Source: an uncultured Gemmatimonadales bacterium (lineage in GTDB: Bacteria > Gemmatimonadota > Gemmatimonadetes > Gemmatimonadales > GWC2-71-9). Taken from it: 64,000 bases of DNA. Below, piece by piece: positions 53,922 through 64,000 of this stretch. Made by a program: the position numbers and the translations under genes. Location of the stretch: contig CAWGED010000019.1 in NCBI GenBank assembly GCA_963821525.1, forward strand, positions 224,001-288,000, written 5' to 3'. Each line of letters begins with the position of its first letter. Positions within the stretch are counted from its first letter, which is position 1. The notes under the pieces were generated by a model. That model saw only the letters and a list, made by a program, of their open reading frames with translations. It made no database searches and was not told where the DNA came from.

Positions 53922-54651
53922 AGGCGCGGAAGAGGTGGCGCGTGTGAGGGTCGGCCATTTCGAAGACCTCCGGATGCCACTGCACGCCGATCAGGAAGTG
54001 GTCCAACGCCCCCTCGAGTGCTTCAATGAGTCCGTCCGGCGCGGTAGCACTTACCATTAGTCCGGTCCCAACCTGCTTCACCCCCTGATGATGCATGCTG
54101 TTCACAATCAGGTTGGGTTGTTCCAGGGCACCGCGGAGCCGAGACCCCGAGGCGAGAGCCACCTCATGGGCCGGATGGTCCCGCTCGAAGCCCTGAGTAG
54201 GGAAATAATCGTGCTTGATAGCCCCCGGCAGTTCCGACCGGACGTCCTGGTAGAGTGAACCTCCCAGCGCCACGTTGATTACTTGGATTCCACGGCAGAG
54301 TCCGAGGATAGGCTTCCGGTCTTCAATGGCCCACCGGGTCAGTTGCAACTCCACACGATCCCGGGCGGGGTCAACGCGGCCGCACTCCGGCTTCGGTGCC
54401 TCGCCATAAGTCCTCGGGTCCATGTCCACGCCTCCGGGAAGCAGGATCCCGTCCAGCCGGTCATAGATCTCGCGCAACGTGTCCGGATCGTCGTCCAGAA
54501 GTGGAATCATCCATGGTACCCCCCCGACGATAGTCACCGCCAGGAAATACCGCTGGTTCATGACCCAGGACTGCGGCAGCGCCTCGGGAATTCCGTCCAT
54601 GGCGTGCAGCGTCTGGGTGGGGATGCCGATGACCGGTCGGGGAGACTTCAT
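53899..54651 (-). CDS. Peptidase C26 / gamma-glutamyl-amide hydrolase (PuuD-like)
   Basis: LPGGVD, GLCRGIQ, NSMHHQ, QWHPE triad. Confidence 0.9.
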   Translation of the reverse strand: MKSPRPVIGIPTQTLHAMDGIPEALPQSWVMNQRYFLAVTIVGGVPWMIPLLDDDPDTLREIYDRLDGILLPGGVDMDPRTYGEAPKPECGRVDPARDRVELQLTRWAIEDRKPILGLCRGIQVINVALGGSLYQDVRSELPGAIKHDYFPTQGFERDHPAHEVALASGSRLRGALEQPNLIVNSMHHQGVKQVGTGLMVSATAPDGLIEALEGALDHFLIGVQWHPEVFEMADPHTRHLFRAFIAAAGG

Positions 54652-55856
54652 TCAGTGTCGAGTAAGAGGACTGGGGACTGAGGACCGAGTGAAGCAAATT
54701 TAATCAAATTTTGGGCCAACTCATCCCTTCGTCGCCGCGGCTCCCGCCGGCACACGACGCCCTCTGCCGTCTCCCGTACCAGCTGGTCCACCACGGCCTT
54801 CAGGTCACCAGTCTTCTGGAACGTCGCAATCTGGCGGTCGGCGCTGGTGCCTTCGCCCAGGATCCGGAAGGCGTACTCCACCTCCTTCCGGCTGCCCAGG
54901 TCATCCAACACGTCATCGACGAACCATTCGAGGAGCTCCTTGATCAGCTCCCGGGCGGGCAATTCCTGCCGCTTTCCGAAGTCGATCAGCTTGCCGTCCA
55001 ACCCGTAGCGAATCGCCCGCCACTTGTTCTCGTCGATCAGGGCCTGCGGGTAGAGCCGGAAGGTGAGGTTGTCCCGCCGCAGCTTCCACAGCTTCGCGAT
55101 GATAGCCTGGAAGATGGCGCCGATGCACACCGCCTCGTCCACCCTGGTGCAGACGTCGCACACCCGGAATTCCAGGGTCGGATAGCTCCAGCTGGGGCGG
55201 ACGTCCCACCAGAGCTTCGAGGCGTTGGGAATGCAATTGGTGCTGACCATCGTGTTCACCAGGCCCTCGAACTCGGCCCAGGATGCGAGCGTCCGCGGGA
55301 TGCCGGTGCGGGGGAAGTCCCTGAACACGATGCTGCGGTACGATTTGAGGCCAGTCATCCGCCCCATCCAGAAGGGCGAGCTGGTGGAGAGCGCGAGGAC
55401 GTGGGGCAGGAAATAGCGCGACACGTTCATCGCATCGATCAGGAATTCCTTGTCTTCGATCCCGATGTGGACGTGGGTGCCGAAGATCAGCAGGCGCTGC
55501 GCCAGGTCCTGGAGATCTTCCTTCACTCCGATGTAGCGGTCGAGCGGAGTAATCTTCTGCTGCATCCAGGAGGAAAACGGATGACTTCCCGCCGCGGCGA
55601 CCACCAATCCCTGCTTCGCGGCGAGGCCCATCACCAGTTTGCGGAGCCGGACCAGCTCTTCGCGCACCTCCGCGGGTGTGCGGCAGACCTTGGTCCCCAC
55701 TTCGACCATCGACTGGTGCAGTTCCGGCTTGACCTCCCCCAGCACCATCGAGTCTTCGTTCAGGATCTCGGTAATGTACGACCGAAGCTCCCGGGTCTCG
55801 GGGTCGATGATCTGGTATTCCTCTTCGATGCCGATGGTGAGGGTTGGCTCTGCCAT
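54648..55856 (-). CDS. Carboxylate-amine ligase (GCS2/YbdK family)
   Basis: [36 protein letters not shown]. True stop is probably 54721-54723, with an indel causing read-through. Confidence 0.92.
   Translation of the reverse strand: MAEPTLTIGIEEEYQIIDPETRELRSYITEILNEDSMVLGEVKPELHQSMVEVGTKVCRTPAEVREELVRLRKLVMGLAAKQGLVVAAAGSHPFSSWMQQKITPLDRYIGVKEDLQDLAQRLLIFGTHVHIGIEDKEFLIDAMNVSRYFLPHVLALSTSSPFWMGRMTGLKSYRSIVFRDFPRTGIPRTLASWAEFEGLVNTMVSTNCIPNASKLWWDVRPSWSYPTLEFRVCDVCTRVDEAVCIGAIFQAIIAKLWKLRRDNLTFRLYPQALIDENKWRAIRYGLDGKLIDFGKRQELPARELIKELLEWFVDDVLDDLGSRKEVEYAFRILGEGTSADRQIATFQKTGDLKAVVDQLVRETAEGVVCRREPRRRRDELAQNLIKFASLGPQSPVLLLDTE
54666..54686. repeat. Short GAGGACT heptamer array
   Basis: GAGGACT GGGGACT GAGGACC. 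Confidence 0.5.
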
Positions 55857-55867
55857 GGGTGGCGAAC

Positions 55868-55947
55868 TCGATGGTCGATGGTCGATGGTCAATGGTCGAT
55901 TGGAGTAGTCGTTGAAGGACCATCGGACTACCGACTATCGACTATCG
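55868..55947. repeat. Inverted heptamer arms (TCGATGG)n / (GACTATC)n
   Basis: About five units on the left and four on the right, inside an operon junction. Confidence 0.88.
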
Positions 55948-55954
55948 CCTTCCC

Positions 55955-57301
55955 TTAACGCTTCTCCACAACAAACGTCGGCACCGTCGATCCGCCGCCC
56001 GCCGTCACGTTGAGCAAGGCCGCGGTCGAGAGACGGGTCAGCAGACCTTCCATGTATTCGCCGTGTACCACAAACGGTGCCGTATCCAGCATCCGGTCCA
56101 GAATATGAACCGAGCCATCTACCAGGCTGGGATAGGGCTCGCTCGGAATCGGAACGCGCTGCTGTACGATGTACGGCTCGCTCAAGGCCCGCGCTATCCC
56201 CTGACGCCATTCCTCGGCGTTCACGGTCCAGCCCAACACGATGCCAGCCCCACCGTAATCGTCGTTCGGCTTGAGCACGAGACGGGCCTGATTGGCCTCG
56301 ATGAACGGCAGCAGGTCGACTTTCGAGCCGTTATGGACCGTGGCTCGCTCCTCGACCACGCGAGTCCACGGCACGTGGGCCGCGATCGCCGCCTGGTCCG
56401 CCGCATCAAAGAGTCCCGCGTTCCGCTCGTCGCTCAGTACCGCGAGGCTCGCCTTCTTGTGCAGGATCTTGCAGCGGAAGGGATTCACCATACAAACCGC
56501 TCGTTCCCGCACCGCGCGAATCAGCGGGTGCTGGAGGCCACACCGCTCCACCAGCTCATGAATCAGCACGCGCTTGTAGACCACGTCGATGGGGCCCGCC
56601 GGACCCGTCAACTGACTCCTGCGATACTCGAGCGCCTGCGGCGTCGTGATCTCGCAGCTCATCCCCAGCCCGCGGAAGTATTCCTGAAAGAGCACGAACT
56701 CGGTTCGGGTCGGGACGTCATCCCAGTCCACGATGGCGACGCGCGGGAGTGCCTGGCGTCCCGAGAACTGGTGCCAGGCCTCGAGCAGCGCGTGCCCGAC
56801 GTGGTGCCGAGCGGGCAATGGCCTGACGGCATAGTGCCGGGCGAATGCCCGCATCACCGGCAAATCGGCGAACGCATCAGTGAGTGCGTCGTTGTAAGCC
56901 GCCCCCGCCGGAGTCTCGGCGTTGTATTCGGTGAGGGCGAAGGTACCGGCGTCTTCCATCAGGAATCCATCGAGCCGCGAGGAAGGACTCGCGGCCCGGA
57001 AACCCGGGTCATCCCTGATCAGCTCCTCTTCCCAGTCGGCCAGACGGAATTGCGCTCGCAGAGCGGTGTCTCGCACCGCCGCCTCACCGGCCTTGCGGAA
57101 GGCTCGGGTAATCGCGGCAACCCGACGTTCGAGCAGGCCCAGCTGCTCCGGCGACATGAGCCTGGGGCGCAGCACCGTGGCCAGGGCCCGCTCGCCAAAG
57201 ATCAGTCCCCGCGCCCGCAGCTGATCCTCCAGCATCACGTGGGAGGCTTCCGCGATGTCGGGCGTCAACAGACTGTGATAGAAGTCGATGGCGGGGTTCA
57301 T
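55955..57301 (-). CDS. Circularly permuted ATP-grasp amide ligase
   Basis: SRLDGF, EYNAETPAG, VVYKR, VLKPNDDYGGAG, LLNVTAGGG. Confidence 0.82.
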   Translation of the reverse strand: MNPAIDFYHSLLTPDIAEASHVMLEDQLRARGLIFGERALATVLRPRLMSPEQLGLLERRVAAITRAFRKAGEAAVRDTALRAQFRLADWEEELIRDDPGFRAASPSSRLDGFLMEDAGTFALTEYNAETPAGAAYNDALTDAFADLPVMRAFARHYAVRPLPARHHVGHALLEAWHQFSGRQALPRVAIVDWDDVPTRTEFVLFQEYFRGLGMSCEITTPQALEYRRSQLTGPAGPIDVVYKRVLIHELVERCGLQHPLIRAVRERAVCMVNPFRCKILHKKASLAVLSDERNAGLFDAADQAAIAAHVPWTRVVEERATVHNGSKVDLLPFIEANQARLVLKPNDDYGGAGIVLGWTVNAEEWRQGIARALSEPYIVQQRVPIPSEPYPSLVDGSVHILDRMLDTAPFVVHGEYMEGLLTRLSTAALLNVTAGGGSTVPTFVVEKR

Positions 57302-57327
57302 GGTCAGTATCAGGTGAGACCGTCGAC

Positions 57328-58275
57328 TCAGTACTTCAACCTATTCCTCCCCTTAAGAAACATCTTGTCCCATTTCAAATCCTTCACCTGTCGCCTCGGC
57401 TTCTTGGCCAGCGCGATCGCGAGGTCGGTCATGTGCTGAACCACCCAGTCGAAATAGGTCGGGGTCAGGGAGTTGATGTCCATGTCCGGGGCTGGATTCA
57501 TGAAGTCGATGGCGTACGGGACCCCGTCCCGAATGGCGAATTCGATCGAGTTCATGTCGTAACCCAGGGCGCGACAGATCGTCAGGGCGTCGTTGATCAC
57601 CCGGGTCCGCAGCTGCGGCGCCAGGAAGTCGTCCCCCGGGATGTAGCGGCGTTCCCTGGGATCGTACTTGATCGGGAGGATGTCTTCCTGTCCGATGCAG
57701 AGGCAGCGTACGAACTCGTCCCAGTCGATGAATTCCTGGACGATCATCGTGAGCAGGCCGGACTGATCGTACCGGGCGATCAGCTCCTCCAGCGAGCGGC
57801 AGACGTGGACCTCCTTCCACCCGCCGCCGTGGGCATCCTTGAGGATGCAGGGCATCCCGATGTTGCGCGCGATGCCCTCCCAATCGAGAGGGAACTGGAG
57901 GTTGCGCAGGCTCTCGTCGTGCTTGATGCCGGGGATGTAGTCCTTGTTGGGCAGGAGCATCGTCTTCGGACTGGCCAGGCCGAGCTTGGTGATGAGCGAG
58001 GCGCCGAAGAACTTGTCGTCCGCGGTCCACATGAAGGGATTGTTGATGACCGGGACGCCCTGCAGCACCGCGTGCTTCAGATAGCTCCGGTAGAACGGCA
58101 CCTCGTGGGAGATGCGGTCGATCAACACATCATAGGGAACCGGATCGGTCATGCTCAGGGCGCCGGTCAAGACATACTCGGCGACCACGCCCGCGTTCCG
58201 CTGACTCACCGCTTCCATGAATGCCGGCGGGAACGACCATTCCCGACCTACGAAGAGACCAATTCGTTTCGTCAT
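57328..58275 (-). CDS. RimK/GshB-like ATP-grasp ligase
   Basis: DRISHE, INNPF...DDKF, LKDAHGGGW, VQEFI, IDFMNPAPD. Confidence 0.82.
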   Translation of the reverse strand: MTKRIGLFVGREWSFPPAFMEAVSQRNAGVVAEYVLTGALSMTDPVPYDVLIDRISHEVPFYRSYLKHAVLQGVPVINNPFMWTADDKFFGASLITKLGLASPKTMLLPNKDYIPGIKHDESLRNLQFPLDWEGIARNIGMPCILKDAHGGGWKEVHVCRSLEELIARYDQSGLLTMIVQEFIDWDEFVRCLCIGQEDILPIKYDPRERRYIPGDDFLAPQLRTRVINDALTICRALGYDMNSIEFAIRDGVPYAIDFMNPAPDMDINSLTPTYFDWVVQHMTDLAIALAKKPRRQVKDLKWDKMFLKGRNRLKY

Positions 58276-58322
58276 TGCCTGGTTGTGTGTGTTAGGCGGC
58301 TAGGGGGTCCGGCCATGTAATT

Positions 58323-58354
58323 GCCGAGCCGCCGAGCCGCGGTGCCGCCGAGCC
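58323..58354. repeat. (GCCGAGCC)4 octamer array
   Basis: Three exact units and one variant directly after the esterase stop. Confidence 0.7.
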
Positions 58355-58355
58355 G

Positions 58356-59075
58356 CTAGTCGTGCCCGCCGATGTAGGTCCGCACCATGTCCTCCCAATG
58401 GGGCCAGTCGTGGGCGTGACCGTCCCAGATGCGCAGCGCGTTCCCGATGCCCTTGCCCCACAAGAGCGCGGAGAACTCCCGGTTGTTATCGCATACCGGG
58501 TCGCCGCCTCCGATCGCGAAAATGATGTCCTGCCGGCGGAAGGCGTCGAGCCGGAGAGGATCATGCTCGTGGCGCATGAAGTCCATGGGATTGCAGCGAT
58601 ACAGATTGGCGTCGCTATACCCACCGATCAGGCGCTTGAGGTCGTAGAGGCCGCTCATGCCAAGGATCCGATTCACCGACTCCGGATAGCGCAGGCCGAA
58701 GGCGGCGGCATGGGTCGCCCCCAGGCTGGCACCGGTCGTGATGACGTATGCGTTGCTGTTCTTGCTCGCCGTAAAAGGGAGCACCTCGTCCCGAACATAG
58801 CTGTAGTACTGCAGGTGGACCCACGCGCGATGCCCGGCGTCGACCGCCTCGTTGCCCCAGTTCTCGTGATGCGGCTGGTCGAGGCAGAACAGCTGAATCC
58901 AGCCCTGGTCGATGTGGTCCTGCAGTACCTGGTGCATCCGCCGGTCCGGCCACTCCGAGTGGGTCCCCATGCTGGTCGGGAACGCCAGCACCCGGGCACC
59001 GGCGTGGCCGATCACCTGCAGGGTCATCTCGCGGCCCAGCACGGGGGAATGCCAGGTGTGGATTTCGTGGTTCAA
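58356..59075 (-). CDS. Alpha/beta-hydrolase (putative esterase family)
   Basis: SPVLGREM, FPTSMG, GASLG nucleophile elbow, HDWPHW; TTG start. Confidence 0.88.
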   Translation of the reverse strand: MNHEIHTWHSPVLGREMTLQVIGHAGARVLAFPTSMGTHSEWPDRRMHQVLQDHIDQGWIQLFCLDQPHHENWGNEAVDAGHRAWVHLQYYSYVRDEVLPFTASKNSNAYVITTGASLGATHAAAFGLRYPESVNRILGMSGLYDLKRLIGGYSDANLYRCNPMDFMRHEHDPLRLDAFRRQDIIFAIGGGDPVCDNNREFSALLWGKGIGNALRIWDGHAHDWPHWEDMVRTYIGGHD

Positions 59076-59250
59076 GAGGGTCTTGGGTCGTGAGTCTTGG
59101 GTCTTGGGTCAACGTCTCTAGCGATGTCGCTGGGGGGTGGAGAATCTACTCGGCATCTCAGCTTCAGGCATCCCCCAGAGGCATAGACCCAAGACGTCAT
59201 GGCTCAAGACTCACGACCCACGACCCATGACCCACGACCAACGACCCTCT
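59075..59250. repeat. Inverted heptamer arms (GGGTCTT)n / (GACCCAC)n filling a divergent intergenic region
   Basis: Ends AGAGGGTC and GACCCTCT are perfect complements; inner CTGGGGG/CCCCCAG pair. Confidence 0.9.
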
Positions 59251-59261
59251 ACCTTTCGCCC

Positions 59262-61214
59262 ATGCCCCAACCCATCCGCTTCATCTTCGGACTCCACCTG
59301 CATCAGCCGGTGGGGAATTTCGGGTCCGTCTTCAGCCAGCACTTGGACGAGGTCTACCTGCCCTTCCTGCAGAAGGTGGACGAGCGGGAGTTCTTCCCCC
59401 TGGTGCTCCACATCTCCGGCCCCCTGCTGGAGTGGCTGGAATCGAACGGCAAAGCCTATCTCGATATGGTCGGCCGTCTGGTTGATGCCGGCCGGCTGGA
59501 ATTGCTGTGCGCCGGCATGTACGAACCGGTCCTCGCTGCTCTCCCTCGGCAGGACCGCATCGAGCAGATCGGCTGGATGCGGGAGAAGCTCAGGAAACGG
59601 TTCGGGATCGATGCGCGGGGGCTCTGGCTCACCGAGCGGGTGTGGGAACCGGAGCTTGCTGCCGACTTGGCCGACGCCGGGGTACAGTATGCCCTGGTGG
59701 ATGACCGCCATTTCCTGGTGACCGGGTTTGAGCGAAACCAGCTGCACGCGCCGTGGATGACCGAGAGCGACGGCCGGCGAATCGCCCTGTTCCCGATTGA
59801 CGAGCGGCTCCGCTACCTCATCCCGTTCCGGCCTCCGGCCGAAACCGCCACCTATCTCCGAGAGCTGGCGAACGAAGGTCACCGCATGGCGGTGCTGGCG
59901 GACGACGGGGAGAAGTTCGGCGGCTGGCCCGGCACCCGCGAATGGGTCTACGAGAAGGGATGGCTGGATCAGTTCGTGACCACGATCTCGGCGCTGGTTG
60001 ATAACGGCGAGGTAGTGCTCTCGACCTTCGCCGAGACTCTTCCGGCAGTGCCGATCGCGGGGCTCGCCTACCTGCCAACCGCCTCCTATCGGGAGATGGA
60101 GGGTTGGTCGCTGCCGCCACTCGCGGCGCAGCGGCTCATCAACCTCGAGACCGAGTTGGGAGAGGAGCGGTTGTCGGGACCCGAGAGCGGGCTGCTCCGG
60201 GGCTCGCACTGGCTCAACTTCCTGGTCAAGTACGTCGAGGCCAACCGGATGCACAAGAAGATGCAGGCACTATCCCTGCTCTGCCGCGATCGAGGCGATC
60301 CCGCGGCAGCCCGCGTCGCCATTGGACGGGCCCAGTGCAACGACGCCTACTGGCACGGCGTCTTCGGCGGACTGTATCTCCCCCACCTGCGTGATGTGAT
60401 CTGGCGCGAGCTTGCGATTGCGGAGAGGGCGCTGCGTGTCCGGGAACCGCTGGAAGCCGAGGTCTTCGACATCGACGCGGATGGCCATCGGGAGATCTGG
60501 GTCCACAGCTCCGACTTCAGCGCGATCGTGAGTCCCGACCGTGGCGGAGGCATCGAGGAGTTCACGCTTTTCGGATCGGGGATCAACTTCGCGAACACGC
60601 TGACTCGGCGGAGGGAAGCCTACCACCTGGTAGTCGCGAAGCCAGGAAACCACGGTGAGGGCGACGAAAAAGGGACGCCGAGCATTCACGATCTGGAGAG
60701 CCGCATCCGGCTGAATGAACTGCCGCCGGTTGACGCGCTTCCGCGGGTGTTGCTGCACGAGCGGGGACTCCCGTCGGCGCTGGATCAAGAGAGTTACGAG
60801 CGAGGCGACTTCGACAGCCTGGATGTACCGGGTGACGGTCCCCTTCCCTACACCATCGAATCCTCGGCGGATCGCCTGATGCTGAGCTTCAAACTGGTTG
60901 AGACCGGGATCACGACCTTCGAGAAACACTACAGCTTTGCGCCGGACGGCAGACTCACGGCGACCTACCGCTGGTCGCCGGCCGCCCTCGCACCCGAAGG
61001 ATTGTTTGCCGTGGAAGTGTCGTATCGGGGGCCGCTCGAAATCACCGCCAGCCCGGCCGCAGACACCTGGAGCTTCGACATCACGACGGTGGCGAAATCA
61101 GAGAAGGGACTGGAAGAAACGGTGCAGGGCCGGTCGGTCACGTTCCGGTGGCCCGGCAACGTGGGGAGTGCGATGCTGGAGTTGTTGCCGGCAAGCGGAG
61201 TCGAAAGTCGATAG
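59262..61214 (+). CDS. GH57 alpha-amylase / 4-alpha-glucanotransferase (DUF1925/1926 type)
   Basis: HLHQPVGNF, WLTERVWE, DDGEKFGGWP, QCNDAYWHGVFGGLYLPHLR. Confidence 0.9.
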   Translation: MPQPIRFIFGLHLHQPVGNFGSVFSQHLDEVYLPFLQKVDEREFFPLVLHISGPLLEWLESNGKAYLDMVGRLVDAGRLELLCAGMYEPVLAALPRQDRIEQIGWMREKLRKRFGIDARGLWLTERVWEPELAADLADAGVQYALVDDRHFLVTGFERNQLHAPWMTESDGRRIALFPIDERLRYLIPFRPPAETATYLRELANEGHRMAVLADDGEKFGGWPGTREWVYEKGWLDQFVTTISALVDNGEVVLSTFAETLPAVPIAGLAYLPTASYREMEGWSLPPLAAQRLINLETELGEERLSGPESGLLRGSHWLNFLVKYVEANRMHKKMQALSLLCRDRGDPAAARVAIGRAQCNDAYWHGVFGGLYLPHLRDVIWRELAIAERALRVREPLEAEVFDIDADGHREIWVHSSDFSAIVSPDRGGGIEEFTLFGSGINFANTLTRRREAYHLVVAKPGNHGEGDEKGTPSIHDLESRIRLNELPPVDALPRVLLHERGLPSALDQESYERGDFDSLDVPGDGPLPYTIESSADRLMLSFKLVETGITTFEKHYSFAPDGRLTATYRWSPAALAPEGLFAVEVSYRGPLEITASPAADTWSFDITTVAKSEKGLEETVQGRSVTFRWPGNVGSAMLELLPASGVESR

Positions 61215-61233
61215 TCGAAAGTCAAAAGACGAT
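61197..61233. repeat. AGTCGAA heptamer array (G-rich arm)
   Basis: AGTCGAA AGTCGAT AGTCGAA AGTCAAA; contains the GH57 stop codon. Confidence 0.8.
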
Positions 61234-61263
61234 TGACACCGACCAGCGACCCTGCTGCCTCAG

Positions 61264-62979
61264 CTACTCGATGAAGTCCACCCAACCGGCTTCATTGGTG
61301 ACGACCGCAACGGTCCCTGCGGCGTTGACTCCGACCCGGCGCGGCGTTCCCCAGTATTGAGCAGAGTCCGCTGCTGTAAGGTTGTCCGGTCGAGAATCTC
61401 GATGGTCGCAAAAGTTTCGACCACGATGAGCTCGTTGGTTGTGACGCCCAGGCCGAAGCCAGGACCGGCCAACGGGACGCTCTTCACCTGCAGGCCCGAA
61501 CTGATGTTCCACACCTGCAGGTAGCCCGACTCGTTGGAGACGTAGAGTTCGGTTCCCGCAGGGGACAGCCCCAGACCCATGGGAGAACCATTTGTCATGT
61601 AGGTGCGGATTATCGTGCGGGTTACCGTGTTCACCTCCACTGCCGTGCCCGCCCCCGCCATGCTCACGTACAGCCGAGGCAACGTGGGATGAACCACCAT
61701 GAAGTTCGCGAAGCTTGCCGGGCAGCGAGTCCGTGAGTTGGTTGGTCGAGGCGTCGGCGAAGTACAGTCTCTCGTTCGTCCCGATGAAAATCGTCTTGTT
61801 GTCTGGGGACACCCCGACGGAGTAGGGGGTACTCCCAAGACCAGTGATTGGAGGAAGAACCAGATTGGTGGCCACATCAATCACCCCAACGGCGCCGTCG
61901 TTGTTCAGGGCTACATAGGCCCGGGTACCCGCGGGTTGATCGCCATGCCAAGTGGGAGGTTCCCCACCGTCACCGGCGATCGGAGAGTGTAGCCCGGGAG
62001 GGTTCCCCGTACGAAGCTCGACGAGTTCAACAGCCCCACGTATGTCTCGCCACCGGGCCCGACGGCGACTCCATAGGGATTTCCGGCGACCGGAGTCGTC
62101 GCTGCCCGGACCCCCTGCATCCCCGTGGTAACGAACACCGGGACCAAAAAGGTGAGACTGCCGCTCTTTGCGTTAAGGCTACCTGTGCCGGTACCGCCGA
62201 TTGAGGTAACCAACCCCGCCGCCGACAGGGAGAAGAGCGAAGGATCATGATTGACGTAGGTTACCGACCGCCGCGCAATTGGATTCCCCAGACTGTCCAG
62301 TACCTCAGACACGAGTTGTTTGGTTCCCCTGGCCGAATCACCACGCTGCTGGGCGTGGTCGGAACGCTCGTGGCAACGAGATAAACGGTGACCGGCACCT
62401 TGATTTGAATGGCGTCCACCACGACGGTGATCGTGGCGGTACCGGTCGGCCCGACGGCGATCACCTCTCCAGGACTGGCTGACTGTTACAACTGATGGCT
62501 TGCTGGACGTGAAGCTGAACAGTCCGACGTTGAAAACGGGATTGCCGAGGAAATCTGTGGCATCAAACGACAGGATCCTGGTGGTGTTCCGGTGCATCTG
62601 AATCGAGGTGGGCGTTACGGTGAGGTGCATCACCCGTTGCCGGACCAGTACCCGAACCGTATGAGTGAGACCATCATCTTCTGCCGTAATGAACGTGCTT
62701 CCCAGCGGCCCCACCGAGGTCATCAGGCCCGTAGCCGTGATGGTGACGACACTTGGGTTGTCGGAAGAGAACCTCACCGACCGGCCGGGGATGGAACGCC
62801 CAGCGGCATCCACTACGGTTCCCGTGAGCTGCAGGGTGAGCCCCCCTGTCGATGACCGGCTGATTGGGAATGAGAATGATGTCAGCTGGCACCCGGACTC
62901 AGGTGCTATCGCCCCCGCAGGACACGCCCAGGGCGAGGAGCGCAAGCAGACACAAGACCGCCCGCGTCGAACGAGTCAT
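61264..62979 (-). pseudogene. Lipoprotein with Big_2 Ig-like repeats and a YncE/YVTN beta-propeller, multiply frameshifted
   Basis: MTRSTRAVLCLLALLALGVSC lipobox; SSDNPSVVTI and TSSKPSVVTV Ig repeats; GNPYGVAV and GSPMGLGLSP blades spread over several frames. Confidence 0.65.
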
Positions 62980-63086
62980 TGCCGGATTTTCTTGTAGAGA
63001 GGGGTTTCGCGAATCTACTTCGGACTTGGGAAAACGGTAGCGGTGCCTAATAATTTGGCGGAGTGTTCAAAAGTTGACGGTATTCT

Positions 63087-63179
63087 AGTCGAGAGTCAAA
63101 AAGTCGTGGGTCTTGAGTCTCCCAAACTGAAGACTCAAGACCCACGACTCATGACTTTAGACTACCGACTCTCGACTCC
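63087..63179. repeat. Inverted heptamer arms with a perfect 19-bp inner stem
   Basis: AGTCGTGGGTCTTGAGTCT (63102-63120) pairs with AGACTCAAGACCCACGACT (63131-63149). Confidence 0.9.
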
Positions 63180-63182
63180 CAA

Positions 63183-64000
63183 CTACGGCGTCAACGTCTC
63201 CTGCTTCGGCTCAACCTTCAGAATCCAGAGGCCGGTATTGATGTCCGGCACGTAGATGTTGCCATTATTCACCACCGCGCCCCAGGCGAAGGTCGAACGG
63301 GGACGGAAGCCCAAGGAATCCGCAGTAAGAATCCAGCTGATCTCCCGGCCCTGCCGCATCAGGTCGCCCTTCAACTCGCCGGAGATATCCAGCACCCGCG
63401 CTCCGCCCTGATAGTTGCCGAGGTAGAGCGTGTCGCCCACGACCCAGACGTTATGGACACCGCCGTCAGTGGGCTCGTACCAGGCCACTTCCTTCGGGTG
63501 CTCGATGTTCGAGACGTCGATCACATGCAGCCGGCCGAAAGTGAGATCGTTCCCGTCCTGCAGGCCCTTCGCGTCCTTCGCCGCGTAGACCTCGTCTCCC
63601 ACGAACACATACTTGCCGGCCTTCCACGCGGTGTGGGTACCGCGCGCGGAGAGTCCCCAGATCCCTTCGACCCGGGCGTAGAGCGAGCTGAGATCGTACT
63701 TGAACTGGGAGACGAGCTTGGGAGACTCGGGACTGCCGCCCTTCATGCCATTCCCCACGTCGAGAATGACCAGGCCATCGTTCCAGTACGCGAGATAGGC
63801 CAGACCATCCACCACCATGATGTCGTGCAGATAGCGGCCAGCCTCGGTCTGCTCGGTCTGCCAGCGAGCCACTTCCTTGGGCGTCTTGGGATCCCGGATG
63901 TCGATGACCCGCATCGAGCCGGTCGCGTCGTCGGTGAGATACACGTGGCCCTGGTACACATAGCTCGAGTGCACTCCGCCCGAGACGGTAGACGTGTACT
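63183..64000 (-). CDS. LVIVD-repeat beta-propeller protein, C-terminal part (truncated by window edge)
   Basis: Repeated MRVIDIRDP, LVILDVGN, LHVIDVSN, ARVLDIS blades. Confidence 0.85.
   Translation of the reverse strand, partial: YTSTVSGGVHSSYVYQGHVYLTDDATGSMRVIDIRDPKTPKEVARWQTEQTEAGRYLHDIMVVDGLAYLAYWNDGLVILDVGNGMKGGSPESPKLVSQFKYDLSSLYARVEGIWGLSARGTHTAWKAGKYVFVGDEVYAAKDAKGLQDGNDLTFGRLHVIDVSNIEHPKEVAWYEPTDGGVHNVWVVGDTLYLGNYQGGARVLDISGELKGDLMRQGREISWILTADSLGFRPRSTFAWGAVVNNGNIYVPDINTGLWILKVEPKQETLTP

Noticed and set aside
62899..62901. TGA after the lipobox of the Ig-like gene as a second Sec codon
   Set aside because: It is not at a redox Cys position, I see no convincing SECIS, and the gene has several other frame breaks.

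Overview
GC-rich bacterial chromosomal segment. Gene content resembles Gemmatimonadota, which is an inference only. I recognise no rRNA, tRNA, CRISPR array, integrase or transposase. Housekeeping genes: queC, queE, csp, infA, pepF, acnA, a sigma-70 factor, pntAA-AB-B, thrABC and ettA. Other loci: a signalling cluster (degenerate HD protein, GAF-GGDEF, CGNR, pseudokinase-kinase), a cupredoxin/membrane Ser-Thr kinase/porin module, a PIG-L plus ABC operon, and a glycogen island (glgP, glgA, three GH57 genes) with a five-gene amide-ligase/hydrolase operon inside it. Main signals: (1) about 14 short 7/8-mer tandem arrays, mostly arranged as G-rich and C-rich inverted arms at gene junctions; one pair brackets a 1.9 kb atypical gene and another related pair brackets a sigma/flavin-reductase segment; (2) a peroxiredoxin split by an in-frame TGA at the catalytic Cys position and followed by a SECIS-like hairpin, probably a selenoprotein; (3) the ligase operon inside the glycogen cluster. 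About 11 genes carry indel frameshifts that are most likely assembly errors.
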